In this document: in pieces, positions 48,823-60,135 of the stretch | How positions within the stretch are numbered: the stretch's first letter is position 1 | How the letters are laid out: each line of letters starts with the position of its first letter | From: Stegostoma tigrinum | Taxonomy: Eukaryota | Direction: 5' to 3' | Length of the DNA stretch: 64,000 bases | Assembly: GCF_030684315.1 (NCBI RefSeq) | Contig: NC_081398.1 | Location: forward strand, 6,614,385 to 6,678,384 | Notes under the pieces: model-generated | What the model saw: only the letters and a program-made list of their open reading frames with translations | Database searches by the model: none | Told to the model about the DNA's origin: nothing | Made by a program: the position numbers and the translations under genes

Positions 48823-51800
48823 CCCCCCCGACTCCATCCCCAACCCAGGACGAGATTGGAGGCTTGAAACCTGCTGGGCCCACAGGCCGAGTCTAAAGTT
48901 AATCCCCCACCCCTCGTGCCCGATTCCCCACATCAGTCACACTGATATACCCTACGCCTCCCACCCTGATGTGATACCCCCTTCAACACCCCATGCCCCA
49001 GCATCCAGCCTACCTTGCCCATTTACCTTCCACATGGGCCCCCTCACCCTCCTGGCACCTTAACAGTTGCCCCTTCCTCCCTCTCTTTTCGCCCCCCCCA
49101 TTCTCCTTTGCTCCTCCCTGCCCCATTGCCACCCCTCCTTACTCCTCTCTCCTTCCCTCCCACCCCACCTCTATTCCCTATACCTCCCCTGTCTGTTGCC
49201 CCTCTGCCTCCCCAGCCCCTCTTTCCCTTCCTCTGTTGCCCCCTCCTTCCCCCTCTCTGTTGCTCCTCCATCTCCCTCTGTTGCCACTCCCTCCCTCTCT
49301 CTGTTACCCTTCCCTCCCCACACCACCATTGCCCCTTTAGCTCCCCAGCTTGCCTGCCCTCCTGTCCGTCTGCCGAGCTGTTGGAGATCCTCCCACCTCT
49401 CGACTTCCGCCCCATCTCAACCACCCTAACCCCTACTCCCTCTGCCCTCTCACTTACCCACTTGACCCTCTCATACCCACTCCCTGGGGCAAGCGAGGAC
49501 CAGCTGAGGAGAGCCACTACATGCTCTGTTGTGACCAGCCGGAGAGAACGTGCACCTTGATCAACGAATGACTGGCACACCGAGTGTAGCAGGCAGTTGG
49601 CAGCCTTGTGGTATTATCGCTCCTTTATTAATTCAGAGCAAACGTTCTGGGGACCTGGGTTCAAATCCCGCTCACGGCAGATGGTGGATTCGGGATCCGA
49701 CAATAATCTGGACATAAGAATCGACTGATAAGCATTATTATTTGTCAACAGCGGGGGAAATAATGTGAAGGAAATCTGGTCTGGTCTACATGTGACTCCA
49801 TACCCACAGTGATGTGCTTGGCTCTTGTCTGCCCCCATGGGCAATTAGGGATGGGCAACATGCCCCTGAAAGAATACTTTTAAAAAAACCCTACCGGCAG
49901 TGAATGGGCGACAATGTTTAGTGTGTCTTGGTGAACACAAGTTCAAAAAAATGCCTTTTTTCCCCTCGATAATGATGCTCTGTATGTTAATGGGTGCCTC
50001 GATCCGACGTATATCAGCAAAAATATGGTCAGGCAGTGGGTGCAGACAGGAAGATACAACATGTGACATCATTGAAGGGTTGAGGGGCTGAATGGCCTAC
50101 TTCTGTTCAGGATGGCTGTGTCGCAGTGCATTCAGATGTAACCTCACAGCTTCTCTGCTCTCTCTCTCTCTCCCTGCAGTGGTCTAGCCCTGGACAGCTC
50201 CCCAGCGAAGGACGAGGGTCTATCCCAGGAAGGTATGGGCCAAGTGGGCTTTGGGAATGGAAGGGGGCAGCAGGTGCTAAACACCTCGGGTTAATAGTTT
50301 CAAGAGCTGTGTTCGATGTGCCAACTTGGAGAGGTGCCACACATTAACCCCTCTGGCCTAATCTTGGCTCTGGAGTGTTCTGGACCCCAGGCTGTAGCAA
50401 GGAGGCGATTTGCACTGGAGGGGGTGCACAGGAGACTCACCAGGATGTCCCCCTGGGGTAGAGTGTTCAGGCAATGCAGAGAGGCTGGAGAAGCTCGGAT
50501 TGTTTTCTTTGGAGCAGGGAACGCTGAGGGGGGACCTAACAGAGATCCTGAGCGATGTGGACAAGGCAGATAGAAAGGAACCGTCGCCCTTAGTTGAAGG
50601 GCCAATAACGAGGGGTTTATTCTTTGTAAGTGAAAGGGAGGAGGTTCAGAGGGAATTTGAGGAACAGATTTATTAGCCGGGGGGTGGTGAGGGGGTCTGG
50701 AATGTACTGCCTGTGGGAGGGCAGGTGAGAAAGGAAGCCTCCCTTATAAAGCTCTTGGATGAGCACATGGAGTGTCATCACATTTAAGGCAATTGGGAAA
50801 TGGGGATTCGCGCAGGTCGGAGTGTATTTTGGGCTGTCCAGACTCGATGGGCCGAAGGGTCTGTTCTGTACGACATGATTCTATGCGTCACCCTTTACCC
50901 TATTCCCAGTCTGACTGTCTCTAACCCTGCACAGCACAGGAAGGGCAAATGGCAACAGGCCATGGGGTCAATAGAGTGAGCAAGCTCTCTCACTGACCCT
51001 GCCCAGCCCCTGCATTTTGCCCAGTCCCAGGCGTGATGCTTCATCTAGTTGACTTGCCATTTGGCCCTGGCCGTTTTTGTTTATGAAGGGGTTCAAGGGT
51101 TGTTGGCAGCAAATGGGAACCGTTCAGACTGTGATGGGACTAGACAGACAGGAAGGGTTTTCCCCATTTGGAGAGGGTAAGGGGATGTTCAAAGGCTACC
51201 AGACACGGGATAGAACTGAGATGAGAAGGAATTTCATACAATTCCTACATTGTGGAGACAGGACATAAGGCCCATAGAGTCTACACTGACCCTCCGAACA
51301 GCATCCGACTGAAACCCACCACCCCGACCCTACTCCTGTAATTCTGCACATCCCTGGGCACTACGGGACAATTTAGCACGGCCAACCCACCCTAACCCAC
51401 ACATCCCTGGGCACTACGGGCAATTTAGCACGGCCAATCCACCCTAACCCGCACATCCCTGGGCACTACGGGACAATTTAGCACGGCCAACCCACCCTAA
51501 CCCGCACATCCCTGGGCACTACGGGACAATTTAGCACGGCCAATCCACCCTAACCCGCACATCCCTGGGCACTACGGGCAATTTAGCACGGCCAATCCAC
51601 CCTAACCCGCACATCCCTGGGCACTACGGGACAATCTAGCACGGCCAATCCACCCTAACCCGCACATCCCTGGGCACTACGGGACAATTTAGCACGGCCA
51701 ACCCACCCTAACCCGCACATCCCTGGGCACTACGGGACAATTTAGCACTGCCAACCCACCCTAACCCGCACATCCCTGGGCACTACGGGACAATTTAGCA

Positions 51801-53830
51801 CAGCCAACCCACCCTAACCCGCACATCCCAGGGCACTATGTGACAATTTAGCACGCCAACCCACCCTAACCCGCACATCCCTGGGCACTATGGGACAATT
51901 TAGCACGGCCAATCCACCCTAACCCGCACATCCCTGGGCACTACGGGACAATTTAGCACGGCCAACCCACCCTAACCTGCACATCCCTGGGCACTACGGG
52001 ACAATTTAGCACGGCCAATCCACCCTAACCTGCACATCCCTGGGCACTATGGGACAATTTAGCACGGCCAATCCACCCTAACCCGCACATCCCTGGGCAC
52101 TATGGGACAATTTAGCACGGCCAATCCACCCTAACCCGCACATCCCTGGGCACTATGGGACAATTTAGCACGGCCAATCCACCCTAACCCGCACATCCCT
52201 GGGCACAATGGACAATTTAGCACCCTAACCCATGCAGACACGGAGAGAACATGCAGACTCCACACAGACAGCCCAAAGGTGGTATCGAACCTGAGCCCCT
52301 GGCACCATGAGGCAGCAGTGCCAATGACTGAGCCACCCTGCTGCCCCCATCCCACTGGCTGCACCAATACCTCCCACGCGGGCGAATGTTTCTTGGTGCG
52401 GCAACCAAGAAATGGCTGGAGATCTCAAGCAGCAACAAGGAGTTGCATTGATGTAGCCCCTTGGGGAAACCCAAGGAAATGTCACAGGCTGCTTCACCAC
52501 AGTGTTGTGGAGCAGAGCAGAGTCGCTGAGCACCCGGGAGGGGAGTCCAGGCCACCAAGGGGTGCAATGCTTAGAATTGGACAGTGGAGTGCTCAAGAAG
52601 AGGGTTGGGGTTGGTACTTGGTCGTGAAGGTTGGGATGGAGATTGGGGGGAGTGGGCCAATACCAGGGTGTGAGTGACAAGCATTGCCTGAGCATGCCAC
52701 CTGCTTTCTATCTTCCAGGCCCTGGCACCCAGTACCGAGCTGACACGGAGTCCACTGGTGAGGTAAGGCCTAGAGGCGGATGTTCCGAGAAATGGGGAAT
52801 TAGGAAATGCCAACTGAATTAGGGCCCTCGGGAATCTGATGGGATAATGCCGGAATTAGGAGCAGGAGTGGGCCATTCGGCCCCTCGAGCCTGCTGTGCG
52901 GTCAATACAAGAATGAGGTGAAAGGTCAGATGCGATTTCCGCGAATTGGCGGGAATGGTGGAGTCTTCCCATGCCCCTATCTAACATGTTCCCTTTTCAG
53001 AGTAATTTTTTTTATGCTTAGCCTCACCAAGCTCCGAAGACAACCCACACCCCACCAACCCCCTCACATTGGCCTTCCAATGAGCAGCAGGAGATTGATA
53101 ATTGATCTCCTGGGTGGAGCTGCACACAGCAAGATCCCACGGAAATGTGGAACCCCCCCACCGGCTCTGACCAGGAGAGGGCCCCTCGGCGACCAGCCTA
53201 GCTCACGTCCCAACCCCTCCCACCCCAGGCGAGATCTCCGTCTGACTCCCACCCCCGCACGTCTCCGAATGGTGTTGCCAACATGGAATGAGGCCTACAT
53301 TTTCGTAGCGCCTTCCGCAACTCCAGGACAACTCAGTCAGGCACGGTCCGCCCATTGTCGCCGCTTTAAGTGTTATTTTGTTCAGTGCCTGAGGGTAGAG
53401 GAGAGTGTGGAGGACACCCTCCCTGGTCTCCTTCAGAGCACCAGGATTGTCCACACCCCTCTCCATCCTCCCCAGCCCTCCATTTTCAAGGGGAGGGGAG
53501 GTGAATGGGGAGAAAAGGATGGGGGCACAGAGTTGGCCAACGTGAACCGATGACTTGCCCCGCCCTGCCACCATTGCCCCCCTCCCCTCTGCAGACCGCT
53601 ACCAGGGTTAGCTCAGTGGAAACTCCCAACAGGATCACTCCCTCCTTTCTAACCTGCCGCCCTCCCACCTCTTTGCTTCTCCCTGCCAGTTCGTCCACCC
53701 AGAAGGGATTGTCTACGCTTCTCTACAGGCCGGAAGAGGAGGACAAGGCCCGACGACCAGGAGCAAGGCCCCACGAGGGGAGGGGGACATTCTGTACGCG
53801 GCCGTACGGTTTCAATCGCAGTCTTCATAG
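34040..53830 (+). CDS. PILRA: Gene C: intact inhibitory PILR-alpha-like receptor, 7 exons, 287 aa
   Basis: join(34040-34082,36681-37049,42813-42998,48567-48594,50180-50232,52719-52762,53690-53830) = 864 nt, all GT-AG, no internal stop. V-domain motifs GGSIEIP, WRRSEFHG, YFCRV, WQSIPGTRL and tail GIVYASL match recalled human PILRA (GGSVEIP, WRRGHFH, YFCRV, WQSIEGTKL, GIVYASL). The symbol denotes similarity; orthology is not established. Confidence 0.85.
35190..35505 (+). repeat. Short degenerate G-rich 37-38-bp minisatellite, gene C intron 1
   Basis: Same position and unit as the 3-kb array in gene A but only ~8 units. Confidence 0.8.
36145..36500. mobile_element. SINE-like interspersed repeat
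   Basis: ccctaattgccc...gggcagttaagagtcaaccac...ggatggcagtttccttccctaaaggacattagtgaa recurs at ~27300 and ~40050. Confidence 0.6.
36681..37049 (+). CDS. PILRA: Gene C exon 2, intact V-set Ig domain
   Basis: Cys at 36761 and 36977 (72 codons apart), Trp in IFWRR, DTNRYFC; Arg codon at 36980; N-glycan sequons NLS and NKS; donor GTAAAA. Confidence 0.95.
37125..38400 (-). repeat. 37-38-bp minisatellite, C-rich on +, gene C intron 2
   Basis: (CCCTACACCCCCTCCCTATCCCTGTCACCCCCTCCAGC)n, the reverse complement of the intron 1 unit. Confidence 0.95.
42813..42998 (+). CDS. PILRA: Gene C exon 3, Thr-rich stalk plus uncharged TM (ARQPTTSNPTVKTSTISTTTLTTNRRKLAWILGIAVATVIVLLISVAIAVTFYVRKKKDQQR)
   Basis: (CT)n tract then tttcAG; donor GTAAGG; 186 nt, phase 1-1; basic stop-transfer RKKK. 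Confidence 0.92.
43130..44490. mobile_element. Two CR1 LINE 3' fragments in opposite orientation (minus ~43130-43900, plus ~43940-44490)
   Basis: LVRHLLQYCVQFWSP and VWTELPEEVVEAGT CR1 ORF2 motifs. Confidence 0.75.
47080..48440 (+). mobile_element. CR1/L2-clade LINE RT fragment
   Basis: GVPHGNLLGPTISSCFINDLP, LFVDD and WVDKWQVTF in ORF 47415-48602; frameshifted downstream. Confidence 0.9.
48567..48594 (+). CDS. PILRA: Gene C exon 4, 28-nt cytoplasmic mini-exon GNFRKGSVH(N)
   Basis: tgtcctgtttctgcAG ... GTAAGT; supplies exactly the phase 1-to-2 shift needed between exons 3 and 5. Confidence 0.7.
50180..50232 (+). CDS. PILRA: Gene C exon 5, 53 nt, GLALDSSPAKDEGLSQE
   Basis: (ct)n-ccctgcAG acceptor, AG|GTATGG donor; 3 of 4 differences from the gene B copy are synonymous in this frame. 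Confidence 0.8.
51345..52340 (-). repeat. ~53-bp tandem array (~16 units) amplified from the interior of a tRNA-derived SINE
   Basis: (CACATCCCTGGGCACTACGGGACAATTTAGCACGGCCAATCCACCCTAACCCG)n runs into a SINE head at 52230-52340; single-unit relatives at ~21660 and ~58390. Confidence 0.9.
52719..52762 (+). CDS. PILRA: Gene C exon 6, 44 nt, GPGTQYRADTESTGE
   Basis: ctttctatcttccAG acceptor; GAG|GTAAGG donor (alternative donor after 52757); open in phase 1. Confidence 0.8.
53690..53830 (+). CDS. PILRA: Gene C exon 7 with two ITIMs: FVHPEGIVYASLQAGRGGQGPTTRSKAPRGEGDILYAAVRFQSQSS*
   Basis: CTAAC branch point ~53649, pyrimidine tract, ccAG; IVYASL at 53708-53725, ILYAAV at 53789-53806, TAG at 53828-53830. 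Confidence 0.9.
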   Translation, partial: FVHPEGIVYASLQAGRGGQGPTTRSKAPRGEGDILYAAVRFQSQSS

Positions 53831-54029
53831 TTTTAGCCCCCTCCCCCTTTCCCCCCACCTCTTTTCTCCTTGCCCCACAAGAGCACCGAGGCCCACAGGT
53901 CAGAGAAAGGCCTGGATCCTGCCAGCCTGAAGTAGGCCTCTCTCCGTCACTGCGGACCAGGTCCATTCGACCTCCGTTGGGTGCTCCCCATTTGCACCCC
54001 CCACCCACACCTTGGATGCCTTTATACAA

Positions 54030-54608
54030 AATAAAGCAGTAAACACGACCGGGCCTCATCCTCCAGCGACCACACCCACCGCAACCCCCTTCCCACCACC
54101 CCCGCCATCTCCGGGGGGGGGGGGTCAGAAACCCAGTTCAAATCACTCCATTGCTTCTAGAACAAAGAACAAACGAGAAGTGCAGCTCAAGGAGAGGCCC
54201 TTCGGCCCTCCAAACCATTCCTGGCCCTCATGCCCTAACTGAAACCTTCTGCCCTTATTTGGTGCCCTATCCCTCTATTCCCTTCTCATCCACGGAACCA
54301 TCCACATGCCTCTAATTTCAGAGTTTACAAACTACCCCTTGATGATTGACAAAATGGTGACCAGGGATGGCGGGGGGAGGCTTGTCACTTTTTTTTGTTC
54401 AATAAAAATACCCTCAGCCCTTTAGAGGGGCAACGCAATTTCAAAGCCTGACACCACCCTACCCCCTCTCCCCGCCACCCCCTCCACCCCGGCCAAAGTG
54501 ACTCCAACCCCTCATCCTGACACTCTCTGTCTTTCCTTCACCGACATTCAGGGTGCCACCCCGCACCACCCCCACCCCCACCCCCCCAACCTCGAGTTCG
54601 TCAATAAA
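54030..54608 (+). terminator. Candidate polyadenylation signals of gene C
   Basis: AATAAA at 54030-54035, 54401-54406 and 54603-54608. Confidence 0.5.
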
Positions 54609-54879
54609 CGGCAAAGTGCCAACGTCGCGTTTTCATTTGTGTAGCCCCCGTTTTTCTTGCAAATCGCTCTCCCAAGGGACTTGGGAGTGAAGTGTTTGTT
54701 GCGAAGGGTGGTCGCTTCTCCCTGTGGGGAGTGTGGGAACTGGGCCCCATCTGTTGGCAATTCCCACGAGCAGGAAATTTATAAATAAGCAGGTAATTTA
54801 GTGACTGGGCTACAAGTATTGTCACGTGACTTTGCCCTGCCTAAAAATATTTGCTGTAATCTCATTTACAAAGACATTT

Positions 54880-56700
54880 ATGGAGTCACGCAGTATGGAA
54901 ACAAACTCTTTAGCCCAACCCGTCCATTTTTCCTAAAATAAACCATGTTTCCATCTGCCAGTGCTTGACCCCAACATCCTTCCTATAACCGGAATTGAAG
55001 GCAGCATTCCAAAAGTACTCTAAACCCTTCCTATCCATGTACCCATCCAGATGCCTTTCAAATGTTGTAACTGTACCAGCCTCCACCACTTCCTCTGGCA
55101 GCTCATTCCACACACGCACCACCCTCTGTGTGAAAAAGTTACCCCTTGGGTCCCTGTTGAATCTTTCCCCTCTCACCTTAAACCTGTGCCCCTCTAGTTT
55201 TGCACTCCCCCACCCTGGGGGAGAAAGACTTTGGCCATTCACCCTATCCATGCCCCTCATGGTTTCATAAACTTCTATAAGGTCACCCCTCAGCCCCCGA
55301 AGCTCCAGGGAAAGGACATTGTGAAACTTGAAAGGGCACAGAAAAGGTTTACAAGGCCATTAGGGGGTTGGAGGGTTTGAGCTCCAGGGAGGGGCTGAAT
55401 GGGCTGGGGCTATTTTCCCTGGAATGTCGCAGGCTGAAGGGTGACCTTATAGAGGTTTATAAAATCAGGAGGGGCATGGATAGGGTGATTAGCCGAGGTC
55501 TTTTCCTCAAGGTAGGGGAGCCCTAAGCTAGAGGGGCGTAGGTTTAAGGTGAGAGGGGGCAAGATTTAAAAGAGGCCTAAGGGGCAACTTTTTTGCACAG
55601 AGGGTGGTGCGTGTATGGAATGAGCTGCAGGGGAAATGGTGGAGGCTGGTACAGTTACAGCACTTAAGAGGCATCTGGGTGGGGATATGAGGAGGAAGGG
55701 TGAGGCTGTAGACGGGCTCTCCGAGCCACTGTATCTCTTTGCAAATGTTCCATCGCCCTGCTAGATCTGTTCTGTCCCACTTGTTATTTATCGGCCTCAG
55801 TTTGCTGGGGTGGTTGGTATTATTTTGTTTCTCAGTGGTTTGCACACAGGGTCTGATTCAATGTGTTTGTTGATGGGGTTCCGGTTGGAATACCAGGCCT
55901 CCAGGAATTCCCTGGCATGTCTCTGTTTGGCTTGTGCAATTATCTATGTGTTGTCCCAGTCGAATTCATGTTCCCCTTGGTCCACGTGTAGCGAGACAAT
56001 TGAGAATTGGACGTGTCTCTTGGTGAGCTGTTGGTGTTCATGTATCTGTATAGTCAATTTTCTTCCGTTTGGCCTATGTCTTGTTTCTCACAGGCTTTGT
56101 ATGGTATTTTGTATATAAGCCCAGCTTGGCTGGTATTGGGCATGGGATCCTTCACACTCATCAGTAGCTGTCGTAGGGTGGTTGTCAGTTTGTGGGCTAC
56201 TCTGATACCTCGGGGTCTGAGTAGTCTTGTGGTCATCTCTGAAAGGTCCTCAACGTACAGTAGGGTTCTGGTCATGTTGCCTTGCTGTTGTGGTCTGTCT
56301 CGGCGTTAACAGTGGATTGTGATTTTATGGGTATCCATTTCTTTTGAAGACTTCAAAGGCACACCACAACTGGACGACACAGACACTATCAGAACCGCCA
56401 ACCATGCCAGCAAATCGAGATGTACGTGTCACAAGCGGGACAGAACACTGACACTTCACCGTAGGCGCACCGACGATGTTACCCAGCAGGGTGACAAAAC
56501 TTTTGCAACCGAACCCACCAGCGAGCATGTCTACACCCTCCTCCGCAACCCAAGCTACACATCTCTTCAAAAACGTTAAATTACAAGGATTCAGAGGGAT
56601 ATGAGACAAATGCTGGCAAATGGGACATGATTCATTTGTTTATATCTGGTCGGATGGACATGTTGGAGTGAAGGGCCCGCTTCTGTGCTGCGCATCTGTT
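54880..56700. mobile_element. Nested CR1 fragments and a rearranged Penelope-like fragment
   Basis: CR1 motif FFTQRVVRVWNELPEEVVEAG (54910-55260); Penelope-like RVAHKLTTTLRQLL...IYKIP (56054-56275, minus). Confidence 0.75.
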
Positions 56701-57329
56701 AAAAAAATCAAAGTTAGATCAGAGATAACAAGGTGTGGAGCTGGATGAACACAGCAGGCCAAACAGCACCAGAGGAGCAGGAAGGCTGATGTTTCGGGCC
56801 AAGGCCCTTCTTCAGAAAATTATTATCGCTCCTATCTCTGAAACAATTTTAAGCCCACTGCGAAGCCTCTTCTAATGACTTCAGATTCTCCAGCATCTGC
56901 AGTTCCTACTATCTCTGAAATTTAGATTAGCCTTCTTTTCTCAGAAAATTCAATTTGAGTTCCACCTGGGTGGGATTTGAACCCAAATCACAAAAAACCA
57001 CCAATACCCAGACTGGCAAGGTTACAGTTGTGCTAACATGTGCCCACTGGCTACTGCTGTGGTATGGAGGCTAGCCCTAGATACCAACAGATAGTGGTGG
57101 CAGGATAATGCCCTGTTACTAACCCAACACGGGTTAATATTTTAAGGACATAAGTTCAAATCCCAGCACAAGGGTCCCGTCCAAGGTAGAAGTGAAGTTG
57201 GATTCCTGAGACACAGCTTGTCCCCTCCATCCATTACGTTTCTTTTACTCCGCTCTCTTCACATCTTTTTTCTTTCTTTATCTTTTTATCTCCTGTCTTT
57301 GAGTGGCATTGGTGAAGTCCAGGGTGAAA

Positions 57330-57750
57330 GCAAGCCTGGACTCCTGGTCTCGGACACGGATTCTCGGCCTCGGCGCGGACCCGGGCTCCCAGCTCGGCAT
57401 GGGCTCGGATTCCCGGACCTGGACTCCTGGTCTCAGCAGGGCCCGGACTCCCGGACACGGACTCTTGGCCTCGGCGCGGACCCGGACTCCCAGCTCGGCG
57501 CAGGCTCGAATTCCCGGACCTGGACTCCCGGTCTCGGCACGGACCCAGACTCCCAGCCTCGGCGCGGGCTCGGATTCCTGGACCCGGACTCCCGGACCTG
57601 GACTCCCAGCCTCGGCGCGGGCTTGGATTCCTGGACCCAGACTCTTGGACTTGGCACGGGCTCAGGCTCACGGACCTGGGCTCCCAGCCTCGGCACGGGC
57701 TCGGGCTCCCGGACCTGGGCTCCCAGCCTCGGCACGGACCAGGACTCCAA
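57330..57750. repeat. GC/CpG-rich degenerate tandem repeat (CGGACCTGGACTCCCAGCCTCGGCG-like)
   Basis: Visible imperfect array, open in several frames. Confidence 0.8.
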
Positions 57751-59264
57751 GCGAGAGCGAAAGTGGGCTGTTGTGGTGCTGTGGTAGCGTCCCTTCCTCC
57801 AGAGCAGGAGGCCTACGTTCCAGCCTAGAGGGAGCGTCTCTAACAAGCTGAGGAAAATACGTCAGGAGGAGAAAATTGTGGCGTTTCGGGTTGTGCCCAC
57901 TGCCTCTGGGACAGGAGGGCTCGAGTTCAAGACCCACCCGTCTCCAGGGACACGAGTATCTGACGGTGCAGTCAAGTAAAAATGACAGACAACACTCCAG
58001 GCGAGATTTTCAACTCACTTTGGGCTTGGTGATCCTGAGATTTGAGTTGGCGCAGTCTTCATCCGCAATGCGCTGCCGTGCCAGCAGGTGGTGGTGTTGG
58101 TCTTCCCGAAGGTAACAGCAGCTAAAATCAGGGCTGGGCACGCAGGCGAAGCGGATAATTAAGAAATCTCAGAGAATGCAAACGCTGGAAGCCAGATGCT
58201 GTAGGTGTGAGGCTGGAAACGTACAGCAGGGTCAGGCAGCACCAGAGAGGAGGAAGGCGAAACCAGGAACAAAAACTGGACAAGCTCAGCAGATCTGGTA
58301 GCACCTACAGAGATTTCCTACAGTGTCCTTCAGCCCACATCAACCCCTGGGGCATAACCCCACCAACCCATCATGCCCTTATGAGCCACACATCACTGAA
58401 CACTACAGTCAATTTAGCATTGCCAACCCACCCGTAGCCTGCAGGCGGAAACCCACACAGACATAGGGAGACTCCACACAGACAGTCACCCGAGGCTGGA
58501 ATCAAACCCAGGCCCCTCGCGCTGTGAGGTAGCAGTGCTAACCGCTGAGCCACCGTGCCATCTAATCTAGTCCTATTTACCTGTGTTAGCCCCATTTCCC
58601 TCTAAACATGCTCCTGAGATGCTGCTTGGCCTGCAGTGTTCATCCAGCTCCACACTTTGTTATCTCCTATTCATCTCAAATGCTTTTTCAATGCTGTAAC
58701 TGTACCAGCCCCCACCACTTCCTCTGGCAGCTCACTCGACACACGCACCACCCTCTGTGTGAAACAGTTGCTGATCAGAGCCCTTTTAAATGTTTCCCCT
58801 CCCACCTCAGGCTAAGTCCTCGGGTTTAGGACTCCCCTCCCCTGGGGATAAAGACCTTGACCATTCACCCTATCCATGCCCCACGTGATTTTATAAACCT
58901 CTCTAAGGTCAGCCCGCAGCCTCTGACATTCCAGGGGAAAAAGTCCCAGATTTTCCTTACAGCTCAAACCCTCCAGTCCCAGTAACATCCTGGTAAATCT
59001 TTACTGCACCCTCCCTGTGTTAATAATACCCTTCCCCATTCTATGATTTCTATTTACCGTGAACTGGGATACAGGAATAATTCTAACATAATGACTCTAG
59101 CACTGTGGAACTGCCTCTCCAATTAGGCTATACTCTGTTAATTCCTTCTCACTTCTCATTGTCAATGGCCCCATCTTAGTAGTGATTGCTCAGAGGGTGG
59201 GGATTGGGGAAATCCTACAAGGTGGGGTTAATTCCATCTGAGAATCTAGTGAGAGGATCACTCG

Positions 59265-60135
59265 GTAACCCCGTGCTGTCCCTGTCCTAGGAGTGTTTGA
59301 TAGGGAGTGTGTAGAGAGAGATTTACTCTGTATCTAACCCCGTGCTGTCCCTACCCTGGGAGTGTTTGATGGGGGACAGTATACAGGGAGATTTATTCTA
59401 TATATAACCCCGCGCTGTCCCTGTCCTGGGAGTGTTCGACGGAGACAGTGTAGAGGAAGATTTACTGCATATCTAACCCGGTGCTGTCCCAGTCCTGGGG
59501 AGTGTTTGACGGGGGGACATGTAGACAGAGCTTTACTCTGTATCTAACCCTGTGCTGCCCCTGTGCTGGGGAGTGTTTGATGGGGGACAGTGTAGAATGA
59601 GCTTTACTCCATATCTAACCCCGTGCTGCCCCTGTCCTGGGAGTGGTGATGGGGGACAGTGTAGAGGGAGCTTTACTCTGTATCTAACCCCGTGCTGTCC
59701 CTGTGCTGGGGAGTGTTCGATGGGGGACAGTGTATAGAGAGCTTTCCTCTGTATCTAACCCCATGCTGTCCCTGTCTTGGGGAGTGTTTGATTGGGGGAC
59801 AGTGTAAAGGGAGCTTTACTCTGTATCTAACCCCGTGCTGTCCCTGTCCTGGGGAGTGTTTGATGGGGGACAGTGTAGAGAGAGCTTTATTCTGTATCTA
59901 ACCCTGTGCTGTCCCTGTCCTGAGGAGTGTTTGATGGGGGGACAGTGTAGAGGGAGCTTTCCTTTGTATCTAACCCCGTGCTGCCCCTGTCCTGGGAGTG
60001 TTTGATGGGGGACAGTGTAGAGGGAGATTTATTCTATGTATAACCCCGTGCTGTCCCTGTCCTGGGAGGGTTCAATGGAGACAGTGTAGAGGGAGCTTTA
60101 CTCTGTATCTAACCCTGTGCTGCCCCCGTCCTGGG
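59265..60135 (+). repeat. ~70-bp tandem repeat, ~12 units
   Basis: (CCCCGTGCTGTCCCTGTCCTGGGAGTGTTTGATGGGGGACAGTGTAGAGGGAGCTTTACTCTGTATCTAA)n. Confidence 0.95.
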
